The notes under the pieces were generated by a model. It did not search any database. It was not told the origin of the DNA and was given only the letters and a program-made list of their open reading frames with translations. A program made the position numbers and the translations under genes. Positions 1-13,900 of a stretch of 64,000 nt of DNA are shown here, piece after piece (the stretch's first letter is position 1; the number at the start of each line of letters is the position of its first letter). This stretch comes from Callorhinchus milii (lineage: Eukaryota), in NCBI RefSeq assembly GCF_018977255.1, contig NW_024704743.1, positions 74,588,001 to 74,652,000 on the forward strand, read 5' to 3'.

Positions 1-819
1 CAAAAGAAGCACTTTATCACATCGAGCACCTCAAAGCTCTTTAGTTATCATCATTAGACCGTTATTGTAGGCAAATGTTACAGCTACTTTGCATACAACA
101 AAATATAGTCAATTCACTTTACAGTATATCCTGTGAAGCATTTTGAAATGTCTCAAGGACATAAGGCGCTATATCAAATGCAAGGATTATTATCAGTAAC
201 CGTAGCATCCTTTTTGAATGCAACCCATTTTAATATTTCACTTTAATTTTCAGGTCATCCAAAAGCTCCGATTCAGGGGAAATTACAGGTGATGAACCAA
301 AATTATTTCCTTTGCTCAATATTAATGTTGAAAATTGTCAATATCTTCCAAAGTACAGTAGGAAGCATTTCAAAACCTGGAAATCAATCCGTTGGGAACC
401 AGGGTACCAGTAAAGCCTGGAATAGTTGGGGGTGAAAGGCATGTAAATTTCAATATGGGGTAGGACACATTTTGGATGAGTTGGAGTGTGTGAATAGTCG
501 AGTTGGAAAGCCAGTGAGGGGTGCATTGGAGAAATCCAGTCTGGAGGGGACAATGAAACTGATAAGCGTTTCAGCAGCATTGAAAAGATTTTAAATCAGC
601 ACAATTTGCTTTCAACTCTCTGTGTTTGTCTAACTTGCTGAGAGGCCACATGAATTGTGTTCTTATTGCACTGAAATGCAATAGTGAGAATATTGACTCT
701 CTTTTTCTTCCAAATAACTGGGTATTGTTTTTCCCTTTTCAAGGGCGCAAGCTCTCAAGGTCGTAGAGGAAAACACAAGCAATTATAAGTGCAAAAATAT
801 AGATTTAAAAGCATTAGCA

Positions 820-1782
820 AATACATTTCACTATATTTTATTCACAATTTCAGAAACATGTCCTTAATGTTTACAAAATTTCAATATCAGAATATTGTAT
901 TTTATTTTCTATACAATAATTAGGATTTAGTTTCAAATATCACAATTTGCCATGGAGATAGGCTATTTTATTGTCCAGGATGAAATATAGATTCCATGCT
1001 TAAACGTTTTCATCTTTTATTTGTGTAAATAGGTCAATTTCTACCTTTAATGAGCCTCAAACATTTAATCTTCTTTGCAGATATACTGCTCATTAACTGC
1101 CAACACATCGATTCAGCCAAATCCTTATATTAATCCAGATGCCAATTTCTGTGCCTGTTTGTAATGAACATTTTGCCGACCTCTGTGAAATTTTCACTGG
1201 TAAAAAAAGAGGTACTCAAAATTAAACTTTATTCTTAGAAGCCTCGAGATTTTCTCCTCCCTTTTAAAATGTCTTTCCTGAGTCAGGCATTGCATCAACA
1301 CAATGCAAACTGAAGTGCCCCAGGTGTTACTGGATACAGATTTATGACCTAATTTGTGGTTGTGATCCCTAGCCTGCTACATATAGATTTCTACTTCAAA
1401 CAAATTCGAGCAGGCTAGAGGTCAATATAAAAAATTGTATTCTGTAACCTACAAAATATTCGTTTGAATACTTGTTTAATGGCTGCACATAACAGCAAAA
1501 TGATCTGAAAAACTAATAAGATTATATACTAAAATTATAAAGAATACAAAAATTTCCAAAACCACTAACTGGAAAATGTATATCAAGTTTTCCCTCCCCA
1601 CAATATATTGCTTTCTGTATACAATGGGGTCTAATTTAGATTCAAAGAAATGCCGATTAATCCATGAAGAAACAAAATTATCATGAGCTTGTCCAAACTG
1701 TTACTGTTTATGCATAAAGAATTCTTTCTTTTACAGTTGAAACAATTTCCAAAGAAGCAATTTGACATTCTTCTTCCAGCTC
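820..1782 (-). other. Probable CNOT10 3' UTR with candidate AATAAA signals
   Basis: AT-rich sequence after the stop codon. Minus-strand AATAAA occurs near 837-842, 901-906 and 1228-1233; which one is used is unknown. Confidence 0.45.
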
Positions 1783-1931
1783 TCACTTGCGCTGGACGGT
1801 GTTGAAGGACGGAGCTTGAAATGGCTGGATGGATTGAAAGATTGGTTTCTTTCGTACGTCAGAAGACAACGTTTTCATCGAGGGCAAAAGTTGATTCCTT
1901 TTGATTATCTGCAAGGCCAACTGCGTATTTC
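1783..1931 (-). CDS. CNOT10: CNOT10 last coding exon ([17 protein letters not shown]...TVQRK*)
   Basis: ATTAG acceptor; TGA at 1785-1783. Confidence 0.95.
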
Positions 1932-4900
1932 CTAATAAGTATGAAATGACAAAATTTCAGCATTATTATTTCATTGTAACTTTGCAACAAACTGTGAGCA
2001 GATTTGCACTTGATCTTGGGTTGTCACAAGTGCTTTTATTTCAACCCTAAAGTTGAGAGAGAAGGCACACTCTGGAGCCCCCAAGCCTTGGCTCCAACCA
2101 ACCGGCACCCAATATTTTTCAGAATTATGTAACCAGGATATATTCTTCCAGGGAGAGAGTGCACATTCCATTCCAACAATCTATCTCTTGAATTTCCATT
2201 CAAGGTGGGATGTATGGAACTCTGTTTGGTTTGGAAACTGTTGAGCATGGAGGTGATGGATTTCTGTAAGTGTGAGGCATCTGCTGAGTTTAAAAAAAGT
2301 AATTCAATCTAATTCTCCAATCCATCATTTCCTTCATATGACTGCCCAGTAAATTGATGTTGGGAGGCAAGAGAGAATGTGTGTAATTTCAGAAGCCTTA
2401 ATAAAATTTTGGGAGCTTTTTTGGACCCATGAAGGGACACAAATAAAAGATAACAACAACTTGGATTTATATAGCGCCCTCCACGCCGGATGGCATCTCA
2501 GAGCGCTTCACAGTAACGGATCCCGGGGCTGAGCCAGGGGGAGGGGGAAGCAGGTGACCAAAGGCGCGGACGAAAAGAAAGACCTTTAGCCAAGACCTGA
2601 AAATAGGAAGAGAGGGGGCGAGGCAAAGGGAGTGAGGAAGGGAGTTCCAGAGCCTCGGGGCATAGTGGCTGAAGGCACGGCCACCGAGGGTGGAACGGAG
2701 GATTCAGGGGACAAGGAGGAGGCCAGACCCGGTGGAGCGAAGGCAACGGGCACTGTTGTGAGGAAAGAGGAGGTCAGAGAGGTGGGGGGTTGCAAAGGAG
2801 TGCAGGGATTTAAAGACAAGAGTGAGGATCTTGAAATCACAAGAAACAAAAGGTCAGAAATATTGTTTTTACACGAAAGGCTGTAGGATGTAGAATCCCT
2901 TACCTCAAGTAGCAACAAAAGGAAATTAGACAATCACTTAATGAATAAGGATACAAGGGATCAGCGTTGATTGCCCCAATGGGGAGGCATGCATGGGAAA
3001 TCCCAAACAACTTATTTCTGTACTGAAACTGTTGTGACATCCATATTCCAGCAGAAGTCACTAGATGTATAAAATCCAATATTCCATTTGAGTGTTTTGT
3101 CTTTTCCACCTGCAATTTCATCATTAAAAGATCTGTGCATCTACAACCCCAGGTTCACCACTCCTCACATTTCCACCTCATGCTATTTTGCTCCAAATTA
3201 TACTAATAGTTATTTATCAATGTTGTACCTGATTTGCTGCATATCTGACCACACCCAAGATGTTAATGTCATCCTGTAATTCATTTGGGCATTCTTTAGT
3301 TTCCTGTTATTTGCAAAGTTTGATGTCCTTTCCCCTATATCCACCTCCAAATCATTTATGTATACAATGAATAAATGGCACTCACGACAGTCCCCTTAGG
3401 CATGTGATTGGCTATATCTTGTCACTACAAGACATATTTATTGACTCCTACTCTCTGCCCCTAAGCCTACTAGAAGAGGTTGAGAAAGATGAGGGGCAGT
3501 AAAATGAATTTAACAAATTATATAAAACAATTTAAAAATAAACTACATCTAATACTAGAAATCTTCTAAAGGCAAGCGCCCAGAAGCACACTAACCTACG
3601 TACATGGAGAAGCAAGCACATGTGCAACGTGGTAAACGTTGTCTCTAGCTGATGAAAACTCAACTACAGAATCACTCTGACATGTGGGTTAAGCATGTAT
3701 AGGACACCAGAATATGGGTAATGTGGGTAGGCTCAACTTTATTCAACCCCCCCCCCCACACATACATTATTAAATACTCCCCATACCCACATCCAACAAG
3801 TATCCCGTCCCCTATATTCACACCCGTCCCCAGAGCCTTGGGACGTCCTCCTGATGTGAAGGCACAATACAAATGTAATTTATTGTTGTCAAATACCCCC
3901 CATACCCACCCACCACATGTCAAATCTTTCCCCTTGTCCATAATCAGACACAAACCTTGTCAACTACCCCTTCTTCCATACCATCCCCCCACCCACACAC
4001 ACACTTTGTCAAGCACCCTCTCTCCCCACTCCCACACATGGTCAGATAAGTCACCAAGCATGTCATAAATTACATTTTAAAAAAATCACATAAAATTGAT
4101 CACAGAGCGAATCTAGGACTGGCTCAGCTCAGTGACATGTAGAGGATCAATAATGCTAATAAACTATAATGGATTGACATTATTTGCCTTTGCAGTGTAA
4201 TTATTTGAAATTCATCGAAATGCTACAATGTTTTGTATAGGAAGGATCTTACCATTTTGCAGTTCAAGATACACAGCCAGCAAGATTGCTTCTGGAGGAA
4301 TTTCTTTAGGATTCACCATGGAAGCAGCCTTCATTTTTTTTAAAAAAGAGACAGAAGACAGGAATGTTATATTGTTTAGGGTTTAGCACATGCAGCTTTT
4401 TATGACATTCATTCAGCCATAGGGTCATCTTTTAATCTGACAAAGCAAGAACCCACATGACGAAAACCAAAAGACTGGTCATCAGATGGATTCCAGCGTT
4501 GGAAAGATAGATGCACCTCATTCAAATATTCCTTAACAAATTATATAAGATTTACCATGTAATTGAAACATAAAACTACAACACTAAGTTTGTGGGAGCT
4601 CCTTTCCTCCTCTCTCCCCCTTTCAATTCTAACTTGTCAATCTTCATTTAAAAAAGGATTTTCATTTTCACCAAAGATCATACTGAAGAGAGAAGGGGAG
4701 TGAACCAGCTGAGAGCAGAATCAAAACCACTCCAGCGTGGGGTAAACACAGACCGGACGGACACCAAGTCACTTGAAAATTGGGCCAATTCACAACTAAG
4801 GACCTTGTGAGATACAAAGGCCATGTTGTTGTCTCCTACGTACAACAAGATATGGAATGTGGCGGAGCCTTTGTGGTCATGAACTCTCCCTACTTATGTC

Positions 4901-7900
4901 TGGCTTCCTGCTGATCCAGACTACAAATTGTGTCCTGGATGAGGAAATCTGATTTCCCAGGAACGGGCCAAACAAATTCCTGATATCAGGGTTACACTTT
5001 GGCGAATAATGAGTCACATCCTCGACACGCTTCACAACTGGAGGAATTGTGCATTGATGAAAGACGAGGATTGCACACAAATTTAGAAGCAGGAGGTAAT
5101 TTGGCCCAGGGAGCCCACTCCGCCAGGGCCCAATCTATTGCACTGTGTTATACTATCTGCCCTAATTCTGCTTTTTGCTACATGATTTAGTATTTCTATT
5201 CCCCAAGCATCCAACCATCTCTTTCTTGAATCCCTCAATCAATTCTGCATCTAAGGTTTCCTTGAGCATTATAAATCTTTCATTACTTCCTATGAGAAGA
5301 AATTAATTCTTGCCTCAGACTAAACCCATTCACCCTGAATTGCTGGATTTGGTTTGAAAGCTGGTATTTATAAGCTTCTATCGTTAAAATGGATCCTTTA
5401 CACTCAATATAAAATTTTGATGCCGAGCAAAAGCTTTATCCATTCTAAGCAAAACTACATTATTAGGTCATTTCTGTTGAAAAAGGCATGAAATGGCTAT
5501 GGTAAAACTACATACAGTAAAAACCACCACAATTTAATCAAATGCTCTCTGTTCTCTAACTCTCTCTTTCAAGAACTAAAAAAAACTCAAGTGGCAAAAA
5601 AAGAAGTTTCTCTTATATGGGAGACAAAATAAATTGTCTGCTGCCAATGAGAGCAGAAAAAGGCTTGAAATCTGTTTTGAAATCAAGGTGTGATACAGTG
5701 GATGGTCAGACACCAAATGTGCACGGTGTCAATGTACTTAACATGATAGGTGATTGACACTGATGGACATTTGTGATATGATTGCTGAATAAATGTGGAA
5801 AATTAACAATTTTAGAAATTAAAAAGGCAACACTCGCACTTAGGTAGCATTCTTCTTGTAGGATAAGCATCTCAAAGTGCTTCACATGGACAATGGGAAT
5901 CTACTGAGCAGGGAGCAGAGGAAGAAGAGTTAAAGTTTTTTTTAACCAAAATGTATCTCATGCACAGAGATACATTTAGATTTTTTTTAAGTGGGGAGAG
6001 ATTGAAGGGGCTTCAGGAGAGTTTAGAGACCGGTGGCATAGAGTGGCTGATGGTGGGGTGGAGGGAGTGAGGAACAAGCAGTAGATCAAAGTCAGAAGGA
6101 TATTGGTAGGAGAATAGGTTGGACAGTTTACAAAAATAGAGAGGCAAGATTGTGATGGGATTAGAAGGTCAGGACAAAGACTTTAAAGTTGATCCACTGA
6201 AATATTAGTGATAAAAGAGGAATAGATGAATCTTTCGGTAGGCAGTTGGTCAAACAACAACTATCTGATGCAGTGGTGATATTGTGGTTTCAAAACTCAA
6301 AATAAAGTTAATGATTCTGAGTTAAAGGATTTACAATTTAGCAAACATTTAAAAACAAGTGCAATATAGAATAATAATTCATAGAGCCACATGTCTACCA
6401 TACCCCATAAATATATTATGATTTTATGGTTTGTATGTTTGTGACACTAAGGAAAATGGAGCTCTCAGTTTAGTTTGGATACTATTAAGCATGATGATGG
6501 GCTTCCGTATGTGTTAGACACCCGTTTGACCAAAAAAAAGACATTAAACACCTAGAATTTTCACATTAAAAGGTATTCTGTATATATTTTTACAGATTTC
6601 TATATACATCTAAAAACAGGCTCAATGGACTCCTTCTATTACTATGTTTTGAAGGGTATGTATGATATTTATGACTGGTTATATTACAGAATTTTTTCCA
6701 AGCAAAGGAGGAGTAGTTATGTTGCCTCACCTGGTGAAGACACTTGCGTGCTTTCTCATATTCACTCCGAAGACAATATGCACTGCCAAGGTTAAATAAC
6801 ATCATCGCCCGAGCACAAGTAACAGAATTTGGGTAGCAGTGCAATATATGTTTTCCAGCTGTCAAATACATAGAAGAAAAAAGGCAATTTAATTAGTGTA
6901 AGAGAATATACTTTTATATGAAAGCTGACAACTGACCTCCATTTTTTAATGGAAATAAATAATACATTTCTGCCTGGGGAGACAACCTGAAGGCCAAGAA
7001 ATCTTGAACAGCAATGCCTTTTTAATGCCAACACTTAGGTCCAAACCTTGTGGGATTCATGGCAGAAAAATGCTCCAACAGAATAGGCACAAATCCATTA
7101 GCAGTGGTAGTAACGGTAAATGGCACTTATTAAAATCTAAATCAGGCGTTTAGAATCATAAAAAGTTACAGTGCAGGAAGAGTCCATGCAGCCCATCGAG
7201 TCTGCATGGCTCTCTGAGCAAGCTGCATTTTCATCACCACTGCTGTGAGACGTCCCTTCAACCTTAATCTCAGGACAATATTTTGAAATAGAGATCAAAC
7301 CCTCAATACTACCAATCTTGATGTAAACAACTTGAACGAGAGTACAGATTCATAGAAGCTCCGAATGAATGTCAGGGAAAAATAAACACAGTGCAGAAAC
7401 AGTGGCTTCATAAATTAATTGTCAATAAATCCACTATAGCAAAATACATCTAATTCTAAGATTCATTTTGTGCCTTGCGTCACTTAATTTACCATCAGAT
7501 TACACAAACAAAAATGGTCCCAGAACACATCTTGAGGTAAACAGAACAGTGCATTAAATGTAAAAGTACCGACATTCATGGAAATAAAAATCTTTATTGG
7601 GTAAAACTACTCTAAATCTATACTGTCAAGGATTGCATGTGGCTGAAGAGAGGAACATTATGTGGAAATACCAATCCAACCTAAATCGGGTGATTTATTG
7701 GTTGTTTTAATTCCGTTTTAACAATCGATGACGCTATTATTTTTAATGGCTAAAAACACATTGTGGAGAATTCTTCACTAAGGAACCCCATTGAAATGAT
7801 TTACTTTACTATTCTATTTTGTAGAGCTTTGGCAGCACAGTCCCACACAGCAGAGCACAGATCCTCCCAACACTGCTTTTATGTAGTACTTACAGCTTTC

Positions 7901-10900
7901 CATCTGTTCACTCTCTCCTTTGTCAGATCCTGAAAAATATGCAGGTGTTTCAATTCAGCCACATTTTTAAACCAACATATGTTTACGTGCAAATATTTCA
8001 CAAGTTGTATGTATTTCTATGTCTTCCTGTGCACAGCAGTAAATCTGCCTTACATCACTTATGATGCACTATATTTTCTAACCAAATCATGATAAACTAT
8101 AATATCACATTACTGGTCACAGGCATGTCCATGAATTTTACATTGGTAGGAATCTTTGCATAGTAGTTTGTCCATTTGTTTGCAGTGCCTTAAGCATTTG
8201 TCTTACGTCGCTACCTCTGGAGCATATTATAATCCTTGTAGTTGGAATAGCGCCTTTCACATTGGAAAATGTCCTAAAGCACTTCCAATAGTATACTGTA
8301 AAGTGCAGTGACTGTGGATGAATCCAGCAGCCAATTTGTGCACAGCAATGTCCCACAACAACCATGAATTGAATGACCAGTTTTATTTTGGGGATTGTTG
8401 GCCAGGACTCATGGAGAGAACCCCCTTCTCTTTTTGAGTAGTGCCATGGGATCTTTAACATCCACTCAAACAGGCAGACGCACCTCAGTTTAATGTCTCA
8501 TCCAAAGGACGGCACCTCCAACAACTCAAAACACCTCCAGCACTGCATTCTCCTATTCTTTTCAACCTAGGTGTACTCTATCAATCTTGGGATTCCCATT
8601 AAAAATAATCTGCAGCAAATGCTTCATTTCCATCCTTTCTACATAGTGTACAATTTGTTCCATGTATCAGGCTACCAACACAGAAGCAAAGAGGAAGATT
8701 TGCCTGCCCTGTGGGCCATGCTGCTGGTTTTAAAGGTTTTGCCCATGGGCTGGGATCTATCTTCAAGAGTACATTGGGTGGCTGAAGGAAATGGTCAATC
8801 TGGAGGTAGGTGAAAAAACAAAGTAGGGATTTTAGCCCTGCACCTAATGAGTATTTTGAGTTTCACCTTTCACTAACTTGGCTATCTTATTTATAATCAA
8901 AACAATGGTACAGTTGTAATTCCATATGTATGTGTATACAATAAAGGCACACCTTTATGCACCTTTCAAATAATTCAACAACCACTTGCATTTATATAGC
9001 GCTCTCCACACCAGGTAGTGTCCCAGAGCGCTTAACAATTCCATCTAGAAGCCTCAAGCAACCTCAGTATGAGTCTTATTCAGGTTCTTGGACATTTGCG
9101 CTTGCTCACTGTGCAAGGAGGGCGAGTATAAATCCAAAATCAAGAACAAAAATGCAAGGAAATTTGTGGTACATCTCAAACTTAAGTGTGGATTTCACCT
9201 CCACAACACATCAAAGATCAAACTAACAGAGATCCCTTACCTTCTTTGCTACCATAGCTGTTGTTTGCAGAATGAACGCTACAATTGTTTCAGCTACTCT
9301 GACTGACTTCTGAATGCTTTTCAAATAGTTTGGCCAAGAGCCAGGAAGCAACATCAGCAGCTCCAGTTTGATTTAAATGTCCCAAATGACTTTAAAGTAG
9401 TTTAAATGAGTAATTTGATTGTTATAGGAAAGCAGTGTTATAGTGAATTCAAATCATTACACAAACTGGGGCCAAGTTTGAACTCTTACAATGAGTTCTC
9501 AGTCAACAATATCAACAGTCTTGCTGTATTCATATTATTCACTAAGAGCTCCTTGTTTCATACAAGTCAAGTCGAAGTAGAAGCAGATTGGAAATTGAAC
9601 CAGGACCCAAATCTAAAAATTCAATAAAATATGAAATCATTAACCTTGATCCTGTTCATTTGAAGAAATCCCAAGGAACACATCAGTAATATTCTCAGGG
9701 TTCAAGTGAGTGATAGCGTCAGAGATTCTGTCCAAAGAGATCAGAGATTCTGCTGCGTACAAGTGACCGAGAAACCTAAAAAATATTACAAAAAGTCACA
9801 ATCACAAACTCCGTTTAAAAGTTGCATGTGTATAATAAACTGCTTCAAGCAATACAAAATAATGTGGAAACAAAGGAATTACAGTAGCACTCTGTTATAA
9901 TGCGATAGCTGAGGGTCCATAAAATCCTACCCTCTGGATCTTAACGTGACTGATCAGATAACTCGTGGCATCACTGAGTATGTGTGTAGAAAGCTTGTCA
10001 GCTTTCAGGTATCATGTAAGAATCTTCATTTCCTGCATGCAGAATGTGCTAGTCATGCCGTTGCAATACCCAACCTAACTTACTCACAATGTAATGAACA
10101 ACCAACAACGTGCACTCACCAACATGCAAAAACTCTCCTAGATAGTTAATACATTTCCACCTCAATGCTTTCATTAAAGCATTTCTAAACTGCAACCTAG
10201 ATTCGGAAGCGATTTTGTAAAAAAAACCAGCAAGCAAAATGAAAAGAAAAACACTAATATCAAGTTACAATGATTCAATGCAAATTTATATTTATACAGC
10301 ACTTTTCATGTCAGGAGGATGTCCCAAAGTACCACTGATGCCTCACTGGCAGAAAAAATCACTGTGTGATCTAAATTGTGTCTCCGGCAGAGATCCACCT
10401 AGATTACACCAGCTCACAAGTCCTCAGCTCTCCTAAGTTCTCAGGAACCACACAAAGTTCTTGGGAGATTTTAAAATTTAGTTGTGTGATGTACATTGCA
10501 CTCCTTTTTTGGAAATATAGTTTGCAAGACACGGCACATTTCCTGGCACCAGTAATGCCTGTGTGCTTTTTGAACCCCAATGCCTAATCTGTTGTCATGC
10601 AACATGCAAGATTTTGGAGACCACATAGATGATTTTTTTTTCTAATTTTAATTCAAAAATGGTACCTTGAAAAAGATGTTAAATGGATCATAATGAAGTC
10701 ACCTTTTATGTGATATCGTAGTGAAGTCATTTGTTTTGAATATTTCAATACTTCATTATTTAGTGTCTTGCTTGCTACTTACTTTAGAGATCCAGATAGT
10801 TTGGGTTGTTGTAGAAGCTTCTCTGCATGATTTAAGGCCACAAGGTTATCACCAAGAGCAAGAGCGACATATGCACTGCCAGCCAGTATGGAACACCTAA

Positions 10901-13900
10901 GTGAAAGAAAGCGAAAGTTTTGAAATATAACATTACTGTAATGCTGCTCTGTCTCTGCGCTCCTGTATTTCATGGGAATCTCACTTCTCCAGTCCAAAGA
11001 AGATTATTGGCACACAATTCAATCCTTGGCAATTTCTGGCATACAGGTTTTAAAGCACACACTCTGAGCTCAACTGGCACTGAATCGCCGCTCTCAGGCA
11101 ACAGCAAATATCGCTAGTGCTAGAAAAAAACATTGGCTCAATCACTGCACTGGAATTGGAAGGGGAAACAGTTTTTAGTAATCGACTCAAATTGCGACGT
11201 TTCTTAATAGATTTGATAACACAAAAAATCTGTCAATAAAGATCACACACATTTCTAGGATAACAGTATGCAGAACTGTGTTCTCAGGAACCACACAAAC
11301 TCTTGGGAGAGTTTTAAATTTAGTGACAAGGACACTATGCAATATGGAATTAAGGGTAAAGAAAAATAAAGACAGACTTACCGCAGATTTTCCAGTTCCG
11401 GCTTCTTTAGAGGAGAAGATGGTGGACCTGGAATAAACTTATCTCCTTCATGAACCTTACCACTGTAAAATGAGGGGGTAAAGGAGCAGATCAATAAACA
11501 CTGACCATTGTATTACTAAGTAAAACTCACATAAGTCTGATTTGTATACATCGTATAATTGTCCCTAAGTCATATATCTGCCCAAGTCCCATTCAAGTAT
11601 TTATATTGTATGCAAGTTTGACATAACTCATACTTTGCATAAATCATACTAAATGTATGGGCCCAACTGATACAACTTACGTGAGGTTTACTGTGCTAGA
11701 TTATTATTCGTGGCATTATTTTAGTCAAAAACCATAGTAGGGGTACTACCTGTGTAGAGATATGGTTTATTTATAAATGTCATTGACAAAATGAGTCAAA
11801 TGGCTTCTTTCTGGGCTGTAAATATATTAAAGTGACAGGATCATGTTTCTGAAAGATTCATGGTAAGATCCTACAATAACAGAACAATTACAAAGTTCAT
11901 CATAAATGTGGTACTGATCAATCATTTATACATTGGTCTTTATACTCAATTAAATGCCAATAGTTATAGAATTGTTTTATACCTGCAAGCCTCACTGCTT
12001 TCACCGGTTTCACCACTGCCTGACTGACCATAATCTCTTAATCCATTATCCTGTTTGGTTTCTTGTTGATCTTCTGGGAGCAAAAGCAAGGCATTTCTTA
12101 AGCAGATAGCTGCAAACTCCATGCTAGCAACAGGAATGGCTGATGACTGCCCATCACTGCAGAATAAAGCAAAAATAAAATCATTTATAACTGAAATGCT
12201 CAATATTTAACATCCAACAAACACTGCACTTTCTCATTTCTATATAAACTAATTCCCACAATTTTGATGCTTTCCTATTGACTCAAATGGTGCAACAGAG
12301 AGTACTCTACTGAAGCTGGTGAAGAGCAGAAGGAGTTTTACTCTGCAACTAACTGGCAATTAGTTGCATTTGATATGGCATCTGATCACATCATCAAGAT
12401 ATCTCACAATGCTTCACAGGATTTATTGTGAAGTTTAGCGACTGTGCATTTTGTTTGTAAATGTATCCGTCAATTTGAACGCTGATAAAATTGGTCATTC
12501 ACTTCATGGCTGTTTGTGGGACATTTCTGTCATGGATAGCTCTCATTGTTGACCAAGACACCAGGAAACTCGCTTCTCTTTTCAAAAAAAGCCTCGGGAA
12601 CTTTAACATCCACCTGAACAGGTATCAAAAGACAAAATCTCTACAGCGCTCCCCCAGCACTGCACTGGAGTGTCAGTCTAGACCAGGGGTCTCCAACCGC
12701 TCGATCGCTGCTAGGTGGTACTGTCGCACAGACAAGAGGAAGGAGTAATTGAACTGCATCATTTTGGAGTCAAATTGAAACAAAGCCAGATGCATTAAGT
12801 ATTTCATGTATCTTGAAATAAAACATAAAATATTTATAAAATATAAATATAATAAAAATATAAACTTTTAAATGGTTAAATTGCTGTTTAACTAAAATTA
12901 AATATCACCCTGCCTCTTGTTTTTAATTGGGCACGTGAGACCCCACCTCGGGGCGATCAACAGGTTGGAGAGCGCTGGTCTAGACAATGAGCTCAAAGTT
13001 AGAACGTGGGGTTGGAACCACAATCTTCTGACAGAGGCAAGAGTACTCCAATGAGCCAGACCGATACCAATGTCTAGGGAGTTCCCAATACTGATATTGG
13101 GTACTCAACCTATTAAATTTTCCACTGACCTAACAATCTTTTACCCAGCAAGCACAAAAATGGAACTTTTAAAAAAAATATTGTGGAACATCACTATTTT
13201 CGTAATATCAGAATGAAGGAACGCACAGGTTAGAGTGCTTATCTTTGAAGCAATTCATGAATAACTTGATAGTCACAAATAACACAATAAGCAAACAATA
13301 TTACAAAAGGCATATGATTTGAGAGAACTAAAAATAAACAAGAATTATTAATGGGATAAGCTGGGATTGTTCTCCTTAGAGCAGAGAAGGTTAAGGCGAA
13401 ATTTAATAGAGGTGTTCAAAATGATGAGGAGTTTTGATAGATAGGGAGAAACAGCTTCCAGTGGCAGGCGGGTCAGTATCCAGGGCACATAGATTAAGAT
13501 AATTGGCAAAAGAACCAGAAGGGCGATGAGGACATTTTTTTTACTCAGAGTTGTTAAAGTCTGGAATGCACTGCCTGAAAGGGTGGCAGAAATAGATTCA
13601 ATGTTTCAAAAGGTAATTACATAGGTACTTCGAAAGGAAAAAATTGTGGGGTTATGGGGAATGACCGGGGCTGATTTGGTAGCTCTTCCAAAGAGCCAGT
13701 ACAGGTACGATGGGCCGAATGGCCTCCTTCTGTAATATTCTATAATTAATATATAATTTGTGCCACCAAAATTGGAATAGATCACAGGAATGTGGTACAC
13801 ACCACAACTGTGTGGTTTTCAATAGCCTAGAATACGTATCTTTCAAAATTGTGCAAATGTATATGTAAAAAAAAAAGCCGTCTCTTCACTCCATCTTAAA

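Noticed and set aside
4440..5100. Coding-looking sequence in a CNOT10 intron
   Set aside because: The frames I translated close quickly and show no recognisable motif. A blastx/Dfam search would be needed.
9879..9935. Tc1/mariner (Tigger-like) terminus TACAGTAGCACTCTGTTATAATGCG
   Set aside because: No matching opposite TIR found, so it is not supportable.
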